Source: Actinobacteria bacterium HGW-Actinobacteria-7 (GTDB lineage: Bacteria > Actinomycetota > Coriobacteriia > Anaerosomatales > PHET01). From it: a DNA stretch of 64,000 nucleotides. Location of the stretch: NCBI GenBank assembly GCA_002841275.1, contig PHET01000004.1, positions 87,289-151,288 of the forward strand, read 5' to 3'. This document shows positions 19,119 to 28,550 of this stretch, piece after piece (within the stretch, counting starts at the first letter, position 1; every line of letters starts with the position of its first letter). Under the pieces are notes generated by a model. It was not told the origin of the DNA. It saw nothing but the letters and a program-made list of their open reading frames with translations, and did not search any database. Both the position numbers and the translations under genes were made by a program.

Positions 19119-20027
19119 ATGCAACAACCAACACTCATCGGCGAGGATGCTTCGGCCCTCGCAGCGCTTGCGCAGGTCAAGGTGGTCTACACCGACCTCG
19201 ACGGAACGCTGCTGGCCAAAGGCGGTTGCGTGCTCGCCGACTCCGGGGGCGTGCCGTCCGCTACGGTCGCTCAGGCTATCGTCGCCCTCAACACGGCGGG
19301 CCTCTCGGTAGTACCCATCTCAGGACGCGGCCGGCTACAGCTCATCGAGCTCACCCGCCTGCTGGGGTGGAAGGATTTCATCGCCGAGGCTGGCGCGATC
19401 ATCGTCAGCGGCGTAGGCGGCCCCGCTGGCGCCACGGTCACCTACAACAACGGGCATTGGCCCGCTGACTTGCTCGCACCCGGCGAGACTCCGTACGGCG
19501 TCATCGAGCGCTCGGGTGCCTACGAGCTACTGCGCGAGGCCTTCCCCGATCTCATCGAGTACCACACGCCTTGGCACGAGAACCGGGAAGCCACGCATCT
19601 GCTGCGTGGCTGTCTGGATGTCCGAGAAGCCCAAGCGCTGCTCAACCAACTCACGCCGGCCATCGGCATTCTGGACAACGGTGTGGTGCGCAACCCCGGT
19701 GACCTGAAGTGCAACGGGGAACTCCCCCACGCCTACCACCTCGTGCCCTGCGGAGTGAGCAAGGCCCAGGCAATCGAGCTCGACCTCGCGGCTCGCGGAC
19801 TGACTCGCGCCGAGGCTGCAGCGATCGGGGACTCAGCGACCGACATCGAGATGGCCGACGCGGTTGCGGTGATGGCGCTGGTGGACAACGCCTTCGAAAG
19901 CACCGGCGTGCGCTCCGAACTCGAGCGCGTCGTACGTCCCAACGTCTACCGAACCTGTTGCCAGCGCGGCGACGGCTGGGCCGAATTCGCCGCCGCATGG
20001 CTCGCAGCGACCGGCGCGAACGTCTAG
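19119..20027 (+). CDS. HAD-superfamily subfamily IIB hydrolase/phosphatase
   Basis: TDLDGTLL, SGR, SKA and IGDSATD motifs. TACAAT lies 6 nt before the ATG (leaderless). Confidence 0.85.
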   Translation: MQQPTLIGEDASALAALAQVKVVYTDLDGTLLAKGGCVLADSGGVPSATVAQAIVALNTAGLSVVPISGRGRLQLIELTRLLGWKDFIAEAGAIIVSGVGGPAGATVTYNNGHWPADLLAPGETPYGVIERSGAYELLREAFPDLIEYHTPWHENREATHLLRGCLDVREAQALLNQLTPAIGILDNGVVRNPGDLKCNGELPHAYHLVPCGVSKAQAIELDLAARGLTRAEAAAIGDSATDIEMADAVAVMALVDNAFESTGVRSELERVVRPNVYRTCCQRGDGWAEFAAAWLAATGANV

Positions 20028-20128
20028 CCCCACCTGCCGCACGGTTGCCCCCACTATCGTCCGAGGTGTACGATTCGTCTGTTCGGGCCACGCTCGCGTA
20101 CCCGGATATTGACAGCCGAGGAAGTCAG

Positions 20129-20361
20129 CTCCGTCCGTTACGGTGCGGCTCCTGTTCGAACACAGGCCACTGCCCGGAAATGTCGAGAGACGCCAATGGG
20201 TAGAACAGCCCTCGCCGGCTTAAGGCGAAGGCTAAGGTGGCTGGGCTCGTGGACCGGCGCGCAAGCGACCGGCACCACAGGTGGGGCACGACCCCATCGC
20301 GTCGACGACACCACGCGTCGCGCGCCCTACGTCGGACAGTGCCAAATCCACAGACGAGGGA
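20129..20361 (+). ncRNA. M-box (ykoK) Mg2+ riboswitch with an enlarged variable stem
   Basis: CCGTTACGGTGCGGCTCCTGT...CTGCCCGGAAATGTCGAGAGACGCCAATGGGTAGAACAG...TAAGG...GCTGG...CCTACGTC..ACAGTGCCAAA matches the ykoK consensus; lies upstream of mgtE. Confidence 0.92.
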
Positions 20362-20442
20362 TCGAGCGGTGACAGACCGGCACGTGCTCCCGCCTGAGGT
20401 GGGTCCGCGTGCTGTCATGTGCGCGACGCACACCACCGTACG

Positions 20443-20477
20443 CCCCTGGTCCCAACGGACGCAGGGGTTTTTCTATT
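20443..20477 (+). terminator. Intrinsic terminator of the M-box expression platform
   Basis: CCCCTG-GTCC-caac-GGAC-G-CAGGGG followed by TTTTTCTATT. Confidence 0.8.
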
Positions 20478-20695
20478 GCCGAGAAGCCCAGCGAACCGTC
20501 TCTGCCGTCATGACCTGTAGCCGAAGAGATCAGGGCCTGCGTGAAACCTCACAGTCCATAGGCCCTCCGTGCGCTCCTCGCCGTGTGATGGCAGGGGGTC
20601 CGGAGGACCGCCTGTTGCCCACCGTAGTCCACCGCTTGGCCCGGGTCTCGGCGATTCAGACGCCGCCCGAGCCCTGACCGGAAGGGAGGAGCGCC

Positions 20696-22564
20696 ATGTA
20701 CTACCTCTCGCAGATGCTAGGCAAGCCTGTCGTCGATGCGTCAGGCGATGAGATCGGGATCATCAACGACATCGCCATCGCCACCGGCGAGGTCTTCCCG
20801 CGAGTCACCTCACTCGCATTTCTCGGTCCCGAGAAGACGCCGTTCATGCTTTCGTGGCGCAAGTACGTCGCCCAGATCGACGCCGAGCAGGTCCTGCTCA
20901 ACGTCCCGGCGCCCGAGATCCGCTTCTCCTACCTGCAGCCTGACGAGGTGCTCCTGCACCGTGACCTGCTCAACAAGCAGATCGTCGACACGCAGGGCAT
21001 GAAGATTGTCCGCGTAAACGACCTGAAACTCTCGGAATCACGCAACCAGCTGCGTCTCCTGGGTGCCGAAGTCGGCACGCGCGGCATCCTGCGGGGAATC
21101 TCTCCGACTCTCGAAAACGCCGCCCGCAAGGCGCTGCGCCTGATCGGTCGCGACCTCCCCGAGACGCTCATTGCCTGGAACTACATGGACCTGCTCGACC
21201 GCGACCTGAGCCAGGTGAAGCTCTCCGTCACGCACAAGCGGCTGCACGAGCTTCACCCGGCTGATGTCGCGGACATCCTCGAGCAGCTCTCTCCCAGCCA
21301 GAGGGCTGCGGTCTTCGCGCACCTGGACAACGAGGCTGCGGCCGAGACGATCTCCGAGCTGGAAGACGAGTACCAGGCCGACGTGATCGACGACCTGTCA
21401 GAGCGTCGGGCCTCCGATCTGCTGGCAGAGATGGACCCGGACGACGCCGCTGACATCGTTGGAGACCTGTCGCGCGAGAAGGCCGAGCGGCTGCTGCGCC
21501 TCATGGGCGTCGAGGACGCGACCGCCATCCGCGGGCTTCTGGGCTACAAGGAGAAGACAGCCGGCGGCATCATGACACCGGAGGTCACCACGGTGACCGA
21601 GGAGATGTCGGTCGCGGGCGTCATCGAGCACCTCCGTGACATCGCCGAAGAGCAGGAGTCGATCTACTACGTCTACGTGGTCGAGGGAGACCGCCACCTC
21701 ACCGGCGTCATCTCGCTGCGCGACCTGCTGCTGGCGCAGCCGGAAACGTTGGTGTCCGCTCTCGCGAAGACCGACCTGTTCACATCGCACCCTGACGACG
21801 ATCAGGAAGACGTCGCCGACCAGATGAGCAAGTACGACCTGCTCGCCCTTCCCGTTGTGGACGAGACCGGCAAGCTGCTGGGTATCGTGACCGTCGACGA
21901 CGCACTCGACGTACTCGAGGAGGAAGCCCAGGAGGATCTCGCAATCGCCACCGGCTCCTCCCACGAGCGGGGCCCTGCAGCCAGTCTATGGAACCGCCTC
22001 TGGCGACGCAGCCTGTGGATCGCCGTGTGGGCTGCGGCCCTACTGGGCGTGACGTCGTGGAGCATGACCACCAACGAACAGGTAAGTGCGAACGGCGGCC
22101 CATTCTGGCTTGCTGCGGCGGTCACGTTCGTCTCAGGCGCGGTTCTTCTGCTTCCTCTCGCGTTGCGCACCGCCGAAGAGTCCTCTTCGAGGGCAGTCGC
22201 CGAGATCATCGAAGGAGATGACGACGAGCGGCCGTCATTGAATCGTCGCATCTTCGCCGAGGGCTCGGTGGGACTGGCCATGGGGCTCGCGTCTGGCCTC
22301 ATCGCCTTCGGTTACGGGTGGGTGCGCCACTACGGTCCTGAGATGTCGGCCCTCTTCGGCATCGTCACCGGTCTCTCCATTCTGCTCACGGTGTTCTTTG
22401 GCAGCGTGCTCGCCGATGCCGCCCTGCGGAGGAGCGACCGTGACCACTCTGTGTCCGCTACCGCGCTGTCGGTCGTGGCCATGCTGTTCGCTGCCATCCT
22501 CTACCTGGGGCTCAGCTACCTCGCTGGATTCGTTGCACAGCTGCTGATGCGCGCAGGCGCGTGA
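20696..22564 (+). CDS. mgtE: MgtE-like protein (PRC-like N-terminus, MgtE_N, CBS pair, degenerate TM domain)
   Basis: LHPADVADILE, MDPDDAADI, TAGGIMT and LLGIVTVDD motifs; the TM domain lacks GGN and the pore Asp. Confidence 0.82.
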   Translation: MYYLSQMLGKPVVDASGDEIGIINDIAIATGEVFPRVTSLAFLGPEKTPFMLSWRKYVAQIDAEQVLLNVPAPEIRFSYLQPDEVLLHRDLLNKQIVDTQGMKIVRVNDLKLSESRNQLRLLGAEVGTRGILRGISPTLENAARKALRLIGRDLPETLIAWNYMDLLDRDLSQVKLSVTHKRLHELHPADVADILEQLSPSQRAAVFAHLDNEAAAETISELEDEYQADVIDDLSERRASDLLAEMDPDDAADIVGDLSREKAERLLRLMGVEDATAIRGLLGYKEKTAGGIMTPEVTTVTEEMSVAGVIEHLRDIAEEQESIYYVYVVEGDRHLTGVISLRDLLLAQPETLVSALAKTDLFTSHPDDDQEDVADQMSKYDLLALPVVDETGKLLGIVTVDDALDVLEEEAQEDLAIATGSSHERGPAASLWNRLWRRSLWIAVWAAALLGVTSWSMTTNEQVSANGGPFWLAAAVTFVSGAVLLLPLALRTAEESSSRAVAEIIEGDDDERPSLNRRIFAEGSVGLAMGLASGLIAFGYGWVRHYGPEMSALFGIVTGLSILLTVFFGSVLADAALRRSDRDHSVSATALSVVAMLFAAILYLGLSYLAGFVAQLLMRAGA

Positions 22565-23820
22565 ACTCGGCACCCGCTCCGCGCAGGCGCGCCCGGTTTC
22601 TCGCACTGTTGGCAGTGATGGGGCCCGGGATCGTGGCCGCATCCGCCGGCAACGACGCCGGCGGCATCTCGACGTACTCGGTCGATGGCGCGAGCTATGG
22701 CTACGCCACGCTGTGGATGATATTCGTGATGACCTTCTCGCTCGTGGTGGTCCAAGAGATGGCCGCTCGAATGGGAGCGGTCACCGGCAAGGGCTTCGCG
22801 GCGCTGATTCGCGAGAAGTTCGGCGTACGACCCACCCTGTTCGCGATGCTCGCCCTGCTGGTGAGCAACGCGGCCACCAGCATTGCCGAGTTCGCCGGTG
22901 TCGCCGCGGGCATGGAGCTGTTCGGGGTCAGCAAGTACATCTCGGTCCCTATTGCCGCAATCGTCGTGTGGCTGCTGGTTGTCCGCGGCAGCTACCGCAA
23001 CGTCGAGAAGGTCTTCCTGGCCCTCTCGAGCATCTTCCTCGCCTACGTCGTCGCGGCGTTTCTCGCCAAACCCGATTGGGGCGCAGTGCTCACGGCGACG
23101 GTCGTGCCTCAGTTCGTGCCCAAGGTCGACTTCGTGCTGCTGGTCGTCGCGACCGTTGGTACCACGATCGCGCCGTGGATGCAGTTCTTCGTGCAGAGCA
23201 ACATCGTCGACAAGGGCGTGAACGTCAAAGACCTGGGCTTGCAGCGCGTCGATGTCATCGCTGGCGCAATCGCGGCCAACATCGTTGCGTGGTTCATCAT
23301 CGTGACCACCGGAACGGTCTTGTTCCCCAAGGGCATCGAGATCACGGGGGCCGAGCAGGCGGCGCTCGCACTGGCACCCGTCGCGGGCCAGTACGCCACG
23401 GTGCTGTTCGGGGTAGGGCTCATCTCGGCGTCCCTGCTGGCCGCCTGTGTCCTCCCACTCACGGCCGCCTACGCGATCACGGAGGCGTTCGGCTGGGAAC
23501 GGGGCATCGACCGCACATGGACGGAAGCCCCGGCATTCAACGCCATCTACACGTTCGTCATCTTCTTCGGAGCGGCGTGGGTACTCATCCCCAACGCGCC
23601 ATTGATCACCATCATGGTCCTCTCGCAGGCCATCAATGGCATACTCTTGCCATTCCTTCTCATCTACATGATCAAGATCATCAACGACCGCCGTATCATG
23701 GGTAAGCATGTCAACGGCAGGACCACCAACGTGCTTGCATGGACCACCACCATCGTTGTGATCGGTCTGAGCATCGCCCTATTGGGCGGGTCGGCTCTCC
23801 AGGGACTGGGGCTCTTGTGA
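22561..23820 (+). CDS. Nramp-related divalent metal (Mg2+) transporter, NRMT type
   Basis: MGPG...GNDAGGISTY, QEMAARMG and GTTIAPW. DAGG replaces DPGN and the metal-binding Met is absent. GTGA overlap with mgtE. Confidence 0.88.
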   Translation: MNSAPAPRRRARFLALLAVMGPGIVAASAGNDAGGISTYSVDGASYGYATLWMIFVMTFSLVVVQEMAARMGAVTGKGFAALIREKFGVRPTLFAMLALLVSNAATSIAEFAGVAAGMELFGVSKYISVPIAAIVVWLLVVRGSYRNVEKVFLALSSIFLAYVVAAFLAKPDWGAVLTATVVPQFVPKVDFVLLVVATVGTTIAPWMQFFVQSNIVDKGVNVKDLGLQRVDVIAGAIAANIVAWFIIVTTGTVLFPKGIEITGAEQAALALAPVAGQYATVLFGVGLISASLLAACVLPLTAAYAITEAFGWERGIDRTWTEAPAFNAIYTFVIFFGAAWVLIPNAPLITIMVLSQAINGILLPFLLIYMIKIINDRRIMGKHVNGRTTNVLAWTTTIVVIGLSIALLGGSALQGLGLL

Positions 23821-24407
23821 ACGAACCGCTCGACATTTCGGCGCAGAAGGCCGCAATCCGTGTCCACGTTCGGGCCGTACGAGCGGATATCGATCTGGAC
23901 AAGTGTCTCGAGGATTCCGCCAAGCTCGCCGAGAACCTCCTCGCGATGGTTGAGCTGACCGCGGCGAGTATCGTGCTCGCATACAGGGCAATGCCCGAGG
24001 AGATCGATCCGGCTCCCACTCTCCGCGCTTTGAGAGCATCCGGTGTTGCCATCGCGTACCCGCGAATCGAGGCCCCGGGGATCGTGCGGCTGCACCTCGC
24101 AACCGCCGACACCGTGTGGCTCCCTGGCCCGTTCGGCCTGGCCGAACCCCCGGCGGATACGCCTTGCGTGGACCCCGCGCTCATTGATGCGGTGCTCGTG
24201 CCGGGCGTGGCGTTTGATCCCGCTGGCGGACGGCTTGGAATCGGCGGCGGCTACTACGACCGACTGATCCCGCAGTTCCGTACAGACTGCCTGCTGATCG
24301 GCATCGCATTCGACGAGCAGGTGCTCGATGAGGTCCCCGTTGAAGCACATGACGCACGCGTGCATGCCGTGGCAACCCCGACGCGGGTGTTGAGGGCGAA
24401 GCCCTAG
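23817..24407 (+). CDS. 5-formyltetrahydrofolate cyclo-ligase
   Basis: LVPGVAFD..GGRLGIGGGYYDR and EAHD motifs; GTG start overlaps the Nramp stop. Confidence 0.9.
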   Translation: MNEPLDISAQKAAIRVHVRAVRADIDLDKCLEDSAKLAENLLAMVELTAASIVLAYRAMPEEIDPAPTLRALRASGVAIAYPRIEAPGIVRLHLATADTVWLPGPFGLAEPPADTPCVDPALIDAVLVPGVAFDPAGGRLGIGGGYYDRLIPQFRTDCLLIGIAFDEQVLDEVPVEAHDARVHAVATPTRVLRAKP

Positions 24408-24414
24408 CCAGCCA

Positions 24415-25344
24415 CTACTTGCTGGCGAGGTACTTCATGATTCCGTTCGCCATACCCTCTGCGAGCTTCTTTTGGTAGGCCGCAGTATCGAGTTTGCGGT
24501 CCTCGGCGGAGTTGCTCATGAACCCCATCTCGACAAGGACCGTGGGCACCTTCGCCCAGTTGAACCCGCTCAGGTCGCTACGCTTCACAAGCCCGCGGTC
24601 GGCAGCCCCACTGCTCTTGACCACCGCATCGTGGATGTAGCGCCCCGCCGTCTTGCTCTCGTCAACGATCGGTGCGGTCCAGCTGTTCTTGGCGGGGATC
24701 AACGTCGAAAGCCCGTGCAGACTGTGGTTGTTGTTGCCATCGCAGTGCAAGCGGATGAAAACGTCCGCGTGCGCATCGTTGGCGATCTGCGCCCGCTTCG
24801 AGTTCGCGATGTTCACATCCTGTTTGCTGCGGACCATGACCACCTTCACCCCCCGGCTCTCGAGTTCGTCCCGCAGCCGCTTGGCGACCTCGAGGTTCAC
24901 GCTGCTTTCCGAGTTGTGCGTCGCAACGCCGCTGGTCCCCCCGGATACCTTGGGCTTCATCTCGGTAGCGCCCGGCCCTATGGGCTCGAGGCTCGAATCC
25001 GCCTTCTGCTGATGGCCCGCGTCAATGACCACGGTGGCCGAGAACGTCTTGGTCGGCTTCGGCTTTGCAGGTTGCGGCTTGGGTGCTGCCAGCTTGGGGG
25101 CAACGGGTTCCGGTTCGACTGTGGCCGGCACGGTGGCTACGACCGTAGCGCTTGCCACAACCGAGGCGCTGGGCTCGGGCTGCATCGTCGCGGTGGCTGA
25201 TTCGGTCTGCGGGCTCGGCACAGGGCCCACCATCGCGTTGATCACCCCACTGGCCACGGCCAGTACCGCTGCCAACCCGAGGACGATTCCGCCCAGGGTC
25301 AACATGATCCGCTTCGTCGAGACCTGATCTCGCTCGTTGTACAA
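24415..25344 (-). CDS. N-acetylmuramoyl-L-alanine amidase (Amidase_3), membrane-anchored; start uncertain
   Basis: IDAGH, E..VNL, IRLHCD and VLVEMGFMSN motifs; N-terminal TM helix and Pro-rich linker. Confidence 0.88.
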   Translation of the reverse strand: MYNERDQVSTKRIMLTLGGIVLGLAAVLAVASGVINAMVGPVPSPQTESATATMQPEPSASVVASATVVATVPATVEPEPVAPKLAAPKPQPAKPKPTKTFSATVVIDAGHQQKADSSLEPIGPGATEMKPKVSGGTSGVATHNSESSVNLEVAKRLRDELESRGVKVVMVRSKQDVNIANSKRAQIANDAHADVFIRLHCDGNNNHSLHGLSTLIPAKNSWTAPIVDESKTAGRYIHDAVVKSSGAADRGLVKRSDLSGFNWAKVPTVLVEMGFMSNSAEDRKLDTAAYQKKLAEGMANGIMKYLASK

Positions 25345-25387
25345 CGTGCGCCTGCTTTCACAACAACGGTGAACCGAGCGGCGTCCC

Positions 25388-26533
25388 CTACTTGGGCGCC
25401 CGCTTGACTGCATAGAGTTCTTCGACCGTCACGAACAAGTAGCCCTTCGCCCTGAGCTTCTTGATGATGGTCGGCAGCGCCTTCACCGTCTGACTTCGGT
25501 CTCCCCCACCGTCGTGCATAAGGATGATCGAGCCGGGCTTCGCGTGCCTGACCACGTTGGAGGCGATCTTCTGGGCCCCAGGCTTCGTCCAGTCCTTGCT
25601 GTCGACATCCCAGATGACAACGTGGACCTTCTCGACGCGAGCTACCTTCCACGACTTGGCATTCATGCCTCCGTACGGAGGTCGCAACCAACGCGTGCTG
25701 ACTCCGGTGTACTTCTTTATCGCGGCAGCACCGCCGCGAATCTGGTGCTTGATCTCCTTGGGCTTCTCTTTGGTCAGGAGCCGGTGGCCCAGGGTGTGAT
25801 TCGCCACCTGATGCCCCTCGGCTACCACGCGGCGCGCGACGGCTGGCGCCTTCTTGACGCGCACTCCAAGCATGAAGAATGTGCCGGGCACCTGCTCACG
25901 CTTGAGAACATCGAGAATCGCCTCGGTGGACTTGGGCCACGGGCCGTCATCGAAGGTGAGGGCCACGACTTTCGTTCCCGCCCTGGGGTGGAACCGCTGG
26001 ACCACGGCGTCGTTGGGCTGTATGAGCACGGTACTCGAGACCTCGACACCGGACAGCGCTCCACGCGTCACCAGACGAACGCCTGGTACACCTGGAACCC
26101 GCTCTTCGATCAGAGAGCCCTTGCCCAGATAGCTGATTGCGAAGGGAACCGAGACCTCTGTCGTCTCGAGTGACTCACGGAGGTCGGCACCCGGTCGGCT
26201 GACGATGACATCCCCGCTATGCAGCAGTTCGTCGGGGGTCGCAGGATGGCCGTTGCGCAGCACTTGGATCGGTTGACCACCACGAACCCTGGTCACCGTG
26301 CCATCGACAGCGAGCATATCTCCTGCTGAGGATCTGTACGTCCCGGGGCCCAGGGTGCGCACCGTGGCTCCGTTGGATACTTCACGAGAGACCCCGTCAA
26401 CGGTGACTGTCGAAGGGCGGGACGCGGCCCAGCCCGCGGTGAGGGCGAGTACGAGCAGAATCACGATGGCGCCGGCCACGGTTCCCCAAACCACGCGGGA
26501 CCGCGGCGGACGGTCTATGACGTCATTTGACAC
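25388..26533 (-). CDS. Polysaccharide (peptidoglycan) deacetylase with N-terminal TM and G5-like region
   Basis: LTFDDGP, HTLGH, RPPYG, DSKDW and ILMHDGGG (NodB/CE4 motifs); SD GGGAGG before GTG 26533. Confidence 0.9.
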   Translation of the reverse strand: MSNDVIDRPPRSRVVWGTVAGAIVILLVLALTAGWAASRPSTVTVDGVSREVSNGATVRTLGPGTYRSSAGDMLAVDGTVTRVRGGQPIQVLRNGHPATPDELLHSGDVIVSRPGADLRESLETTEVSVPFAISYLGKGSLIEERVPGVPGVRLVTRGALSGVEVSSTVLIQPNDAVVQRFHPRAGTKVVALTFDDGPWPKSTEAILDVLKREQVPGTFFMLGVRVKKAPAVARRVVAEGHQVANHTLGHRLLTKEKPKEIKHQIRGGAAAIKKYTGVSTRWLRPPYGGMNAKSWKVARVEKVHVVIWDVDSKDWTKPGAQKIASNVVRHAKPGSIILMHDGGGDRSQTVKALPTIIKKLRAKGYLFVTVEELYAVKRAPK

Positions 26534-26572
26534 AGAGTGGTCCTCCCGCAAGCACGCCGGTCAATCTGAGCT

Positions 26573-27061
26573 TCAGGCGTGCGAGATACATGCCACCCGC
26601 CCACCGGCTACCCGCGCAAGGTCCGCATAGCGCATGCGCACCATCGACGAAGGCGTGCCTGCGGCAGGGTAGACCGTTTCGAAGCGTGTGAGTGAATCAT
26701 CAATGAGCACAGTGAGTTCCTCGGGCAAGTCGAACGGCGACACCCCGCCGATCGCATATCCGGTGACCGCACGCACGGTATCGGCATCCGCCATCTTCGC
26801 CGCAGTCGCGCCCACCTCGCCGCAGATCGCGTCGAAATCTCCTCGACGATCTCCCGCGACCAGCGCGAGCACCGGGGTACCATCGGCCACCACTACAAGG
26901 GACTTCACGATCTGGCCGAGTTCACAGCCCATCGCCTCGGCGGCCGCGGCCGCCGTCTTGGTCGACTGCTCGAACTCGGTGAGGCCCTCGGCCAATCCGT
27001 GCGCTTCTAGAAACGCTCTCACTCGTTCGCGCGAGCCGGGCTTCTTCTGGGGCTGAGTCAT
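26573..27061 (-). CDS. YbaK/EbsC aminoacyl-tRNA deacylase family protein
   Basis: QIVKSLV, TGYAIGGVSP and YPAAG motifs. Confidence 0.88.
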   Translation of the reverse strand: MTQPQKKPGSRERVRAFLEAHGLAEGLTEFEQSTKTAAAAAEAMGCELGQIVKSLVVVADGTPVLALVAGDRRGDFDAICGEVGATAAKMADADTVRAVTGYAIGGVSPFDLPEELTVLIDDSLTRFETVYPAAGTPSSMVRMRYADLARVAGGRVACISHA

Positions 27062-27699
27062 CGACGCCCGCCTGTCCATGACGCAGGGGCGCGGCTAGGC
27101 ACCCGCGTAGGGAATCTCAGTGAGTTCAGAACCGCTTCGAGGTTCTCGGACCAGCTCACGAGCGATCGCAGATCCAGCCTCATGAGCGGGAACTGCGCAT
27201 CCGGCCGCGATACCGTGAACCCGTTGCGCAGAAGAAAGTCGATTCCCAACATCGGGGAGTCCTCAATCACTGCAGGGCGCTGAGCTGCGGCGAACGCTTC
27301 GACCTTGCGCTCTCCTCGGCCAAGAAGGTCCTTGAGTGCGGCACGAAGCAGAACGCTGCCTAGGCCGTGATGGCGAGCATCAGCGGTAATGTGCAGACAG
27401 GCGATCATTGGCACCGTGGGATCCTCGGGCGCGGACGGGAACGTGGAGGACTGCGGAAAGTACCGGGATGGCGCGTATTTGATGAACCCGAGGATCTCGT
27501 CGTCCTCGCGGGCCACGCAACCGCACTCGCCCCACTCGTCAGTCACCTGCCGGTACCATGCCTCCTGGAGTTCCGGGTCACATACCGAACCGCACATGCG
27601 CCTGCGCTCACCTGCGCTTTCCCAGAACACACAGGACCCGCAGCTCATAGGGAGCTGGTCGAAGTCCGCGAGTGCGAGGGGTCTGAGCTTACGCGCCAT
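27058..27699 (-). CDS. GNAT family acetyltransferase (actinobacterial oriC-region type)
   Basis: CGSCVFWE, EWGECG, RHHGLGSVL and P.MRLDLRS...W motifs. Confidence 0.78.
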   Translation of the reverse strand: MARKLRPLALADFDQLPMSCGSCVFWESAGERRRMCGSVCDPELQEAWYRQVTDEWGECGCVAREDDEILGFIKYAPSRYFPQSSTFPSAPEDPTVPMIACLHITADARHHGLGSVLLRAALKDLLGRGERKVEAFAAAQRPAVIEDSPMLGIDFLLRNGFTVSRPDAQFPLMRLDLRSLVSWSENLEAVLNSLRFPTRVPSRAPASWTGGRR

Positions 27700-27759
27700 T
27701 GCTGATGGGTGCCTCCGTCAAAGTGGTTCGTACAGTATAGACAGCAGCTTCGCTGCCAA

Positions 27760-28467
27760 TCACTTGTCTTCAGGCTCACCCATCATGTCGACGACCTCGT
27801 CCTTCATCGTCTTGAGCCAGCCCAGTGCCTTCTTGCCGGTCTTGCTTTCCGAGGCGACCTTCGCGGCAGCTTTCACATAGAGAGTGGCCGTCTTCACAGC
27901 CTTGCCAGCGACGTCCTTGGCGACTGCCGTACCGCGCCCAGCCGCCGCCGCCGCACCACCGCTCGTGTCGGCGGCCTGTGCCTCGTCGGCGACCACAACC
28001 ACCTCGCCGTCGAAACCGTCCACCATGGTCACAGGGATGTCTCGAACGCCCACCGCAACGTCAGCAGCCGCTCCGGAACTCAGTCCAAGCGCAGACAGCT
28101 CACCGGTGTCAGAGTCGAACAGACCGTCCCGCACGGTGCCCAGCGAGACCCCGCTCCGGGTTCTCACCTGCATACCCTGCCAGACGACCGTGGCGTCCCA
28201 GGAGGTCTTCAGCCGACTGGCTGCGGGCTTGTCCCAGCTCTCCCGGCCGCCGGTGACCCTCAACTCACCATCGACGATGTCCACGCTGTCGAGTGCAAGA
28301 TATCGATCACGCCGATCGAGGATCATCAGCAAGCGAGGCCTCGCGACGACGAACCCCACCACGGTCTTCGACTGCGGCGCGAACAACACGTCGGACACAC
28401 GTCCGACGCGCTTCCCATTGGCCGAGAACACCTCATGCCGATAGACCTTGCGAAGTGAGAATGTCAT
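27760..28467 (-). CDS. PRC-barrel domain protein (two PRC repeats)
   Basis: EVFSANGKRVGRVSDV and VRTRSGVSLGTVRD repeats. Confidence 0.8.
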   Translation of the reverse strand: MTFSLRKVYRHEVFSANGKRVGRVSDVLFAPQSKTVVGFVVARPRLLMILDRRDRYLALDSVDIVDGELRVTGGRESWDKPAASRLKTSWDATVVWQGMQVRTRSGVSLGTVRDGLFDSDTGELSALGLSSGAAADVAVGVRDIPVTMVDGFDGEVVVVADEAQAADTSGGAAAAAGRGTAVAKDVAGKAVKTATLYVKAAAKVASESKTGKKALGWLKTMKDEVVDMMGEPEDK

Positions 28468-28550
28468 GCCCCGCCTTCCGGCGACAGGAACACCAAGGCC
28501 GGCCCCGCATGCGCCCAGGACCGGCCTCGATAGTAACAGCGTTTACGCGG

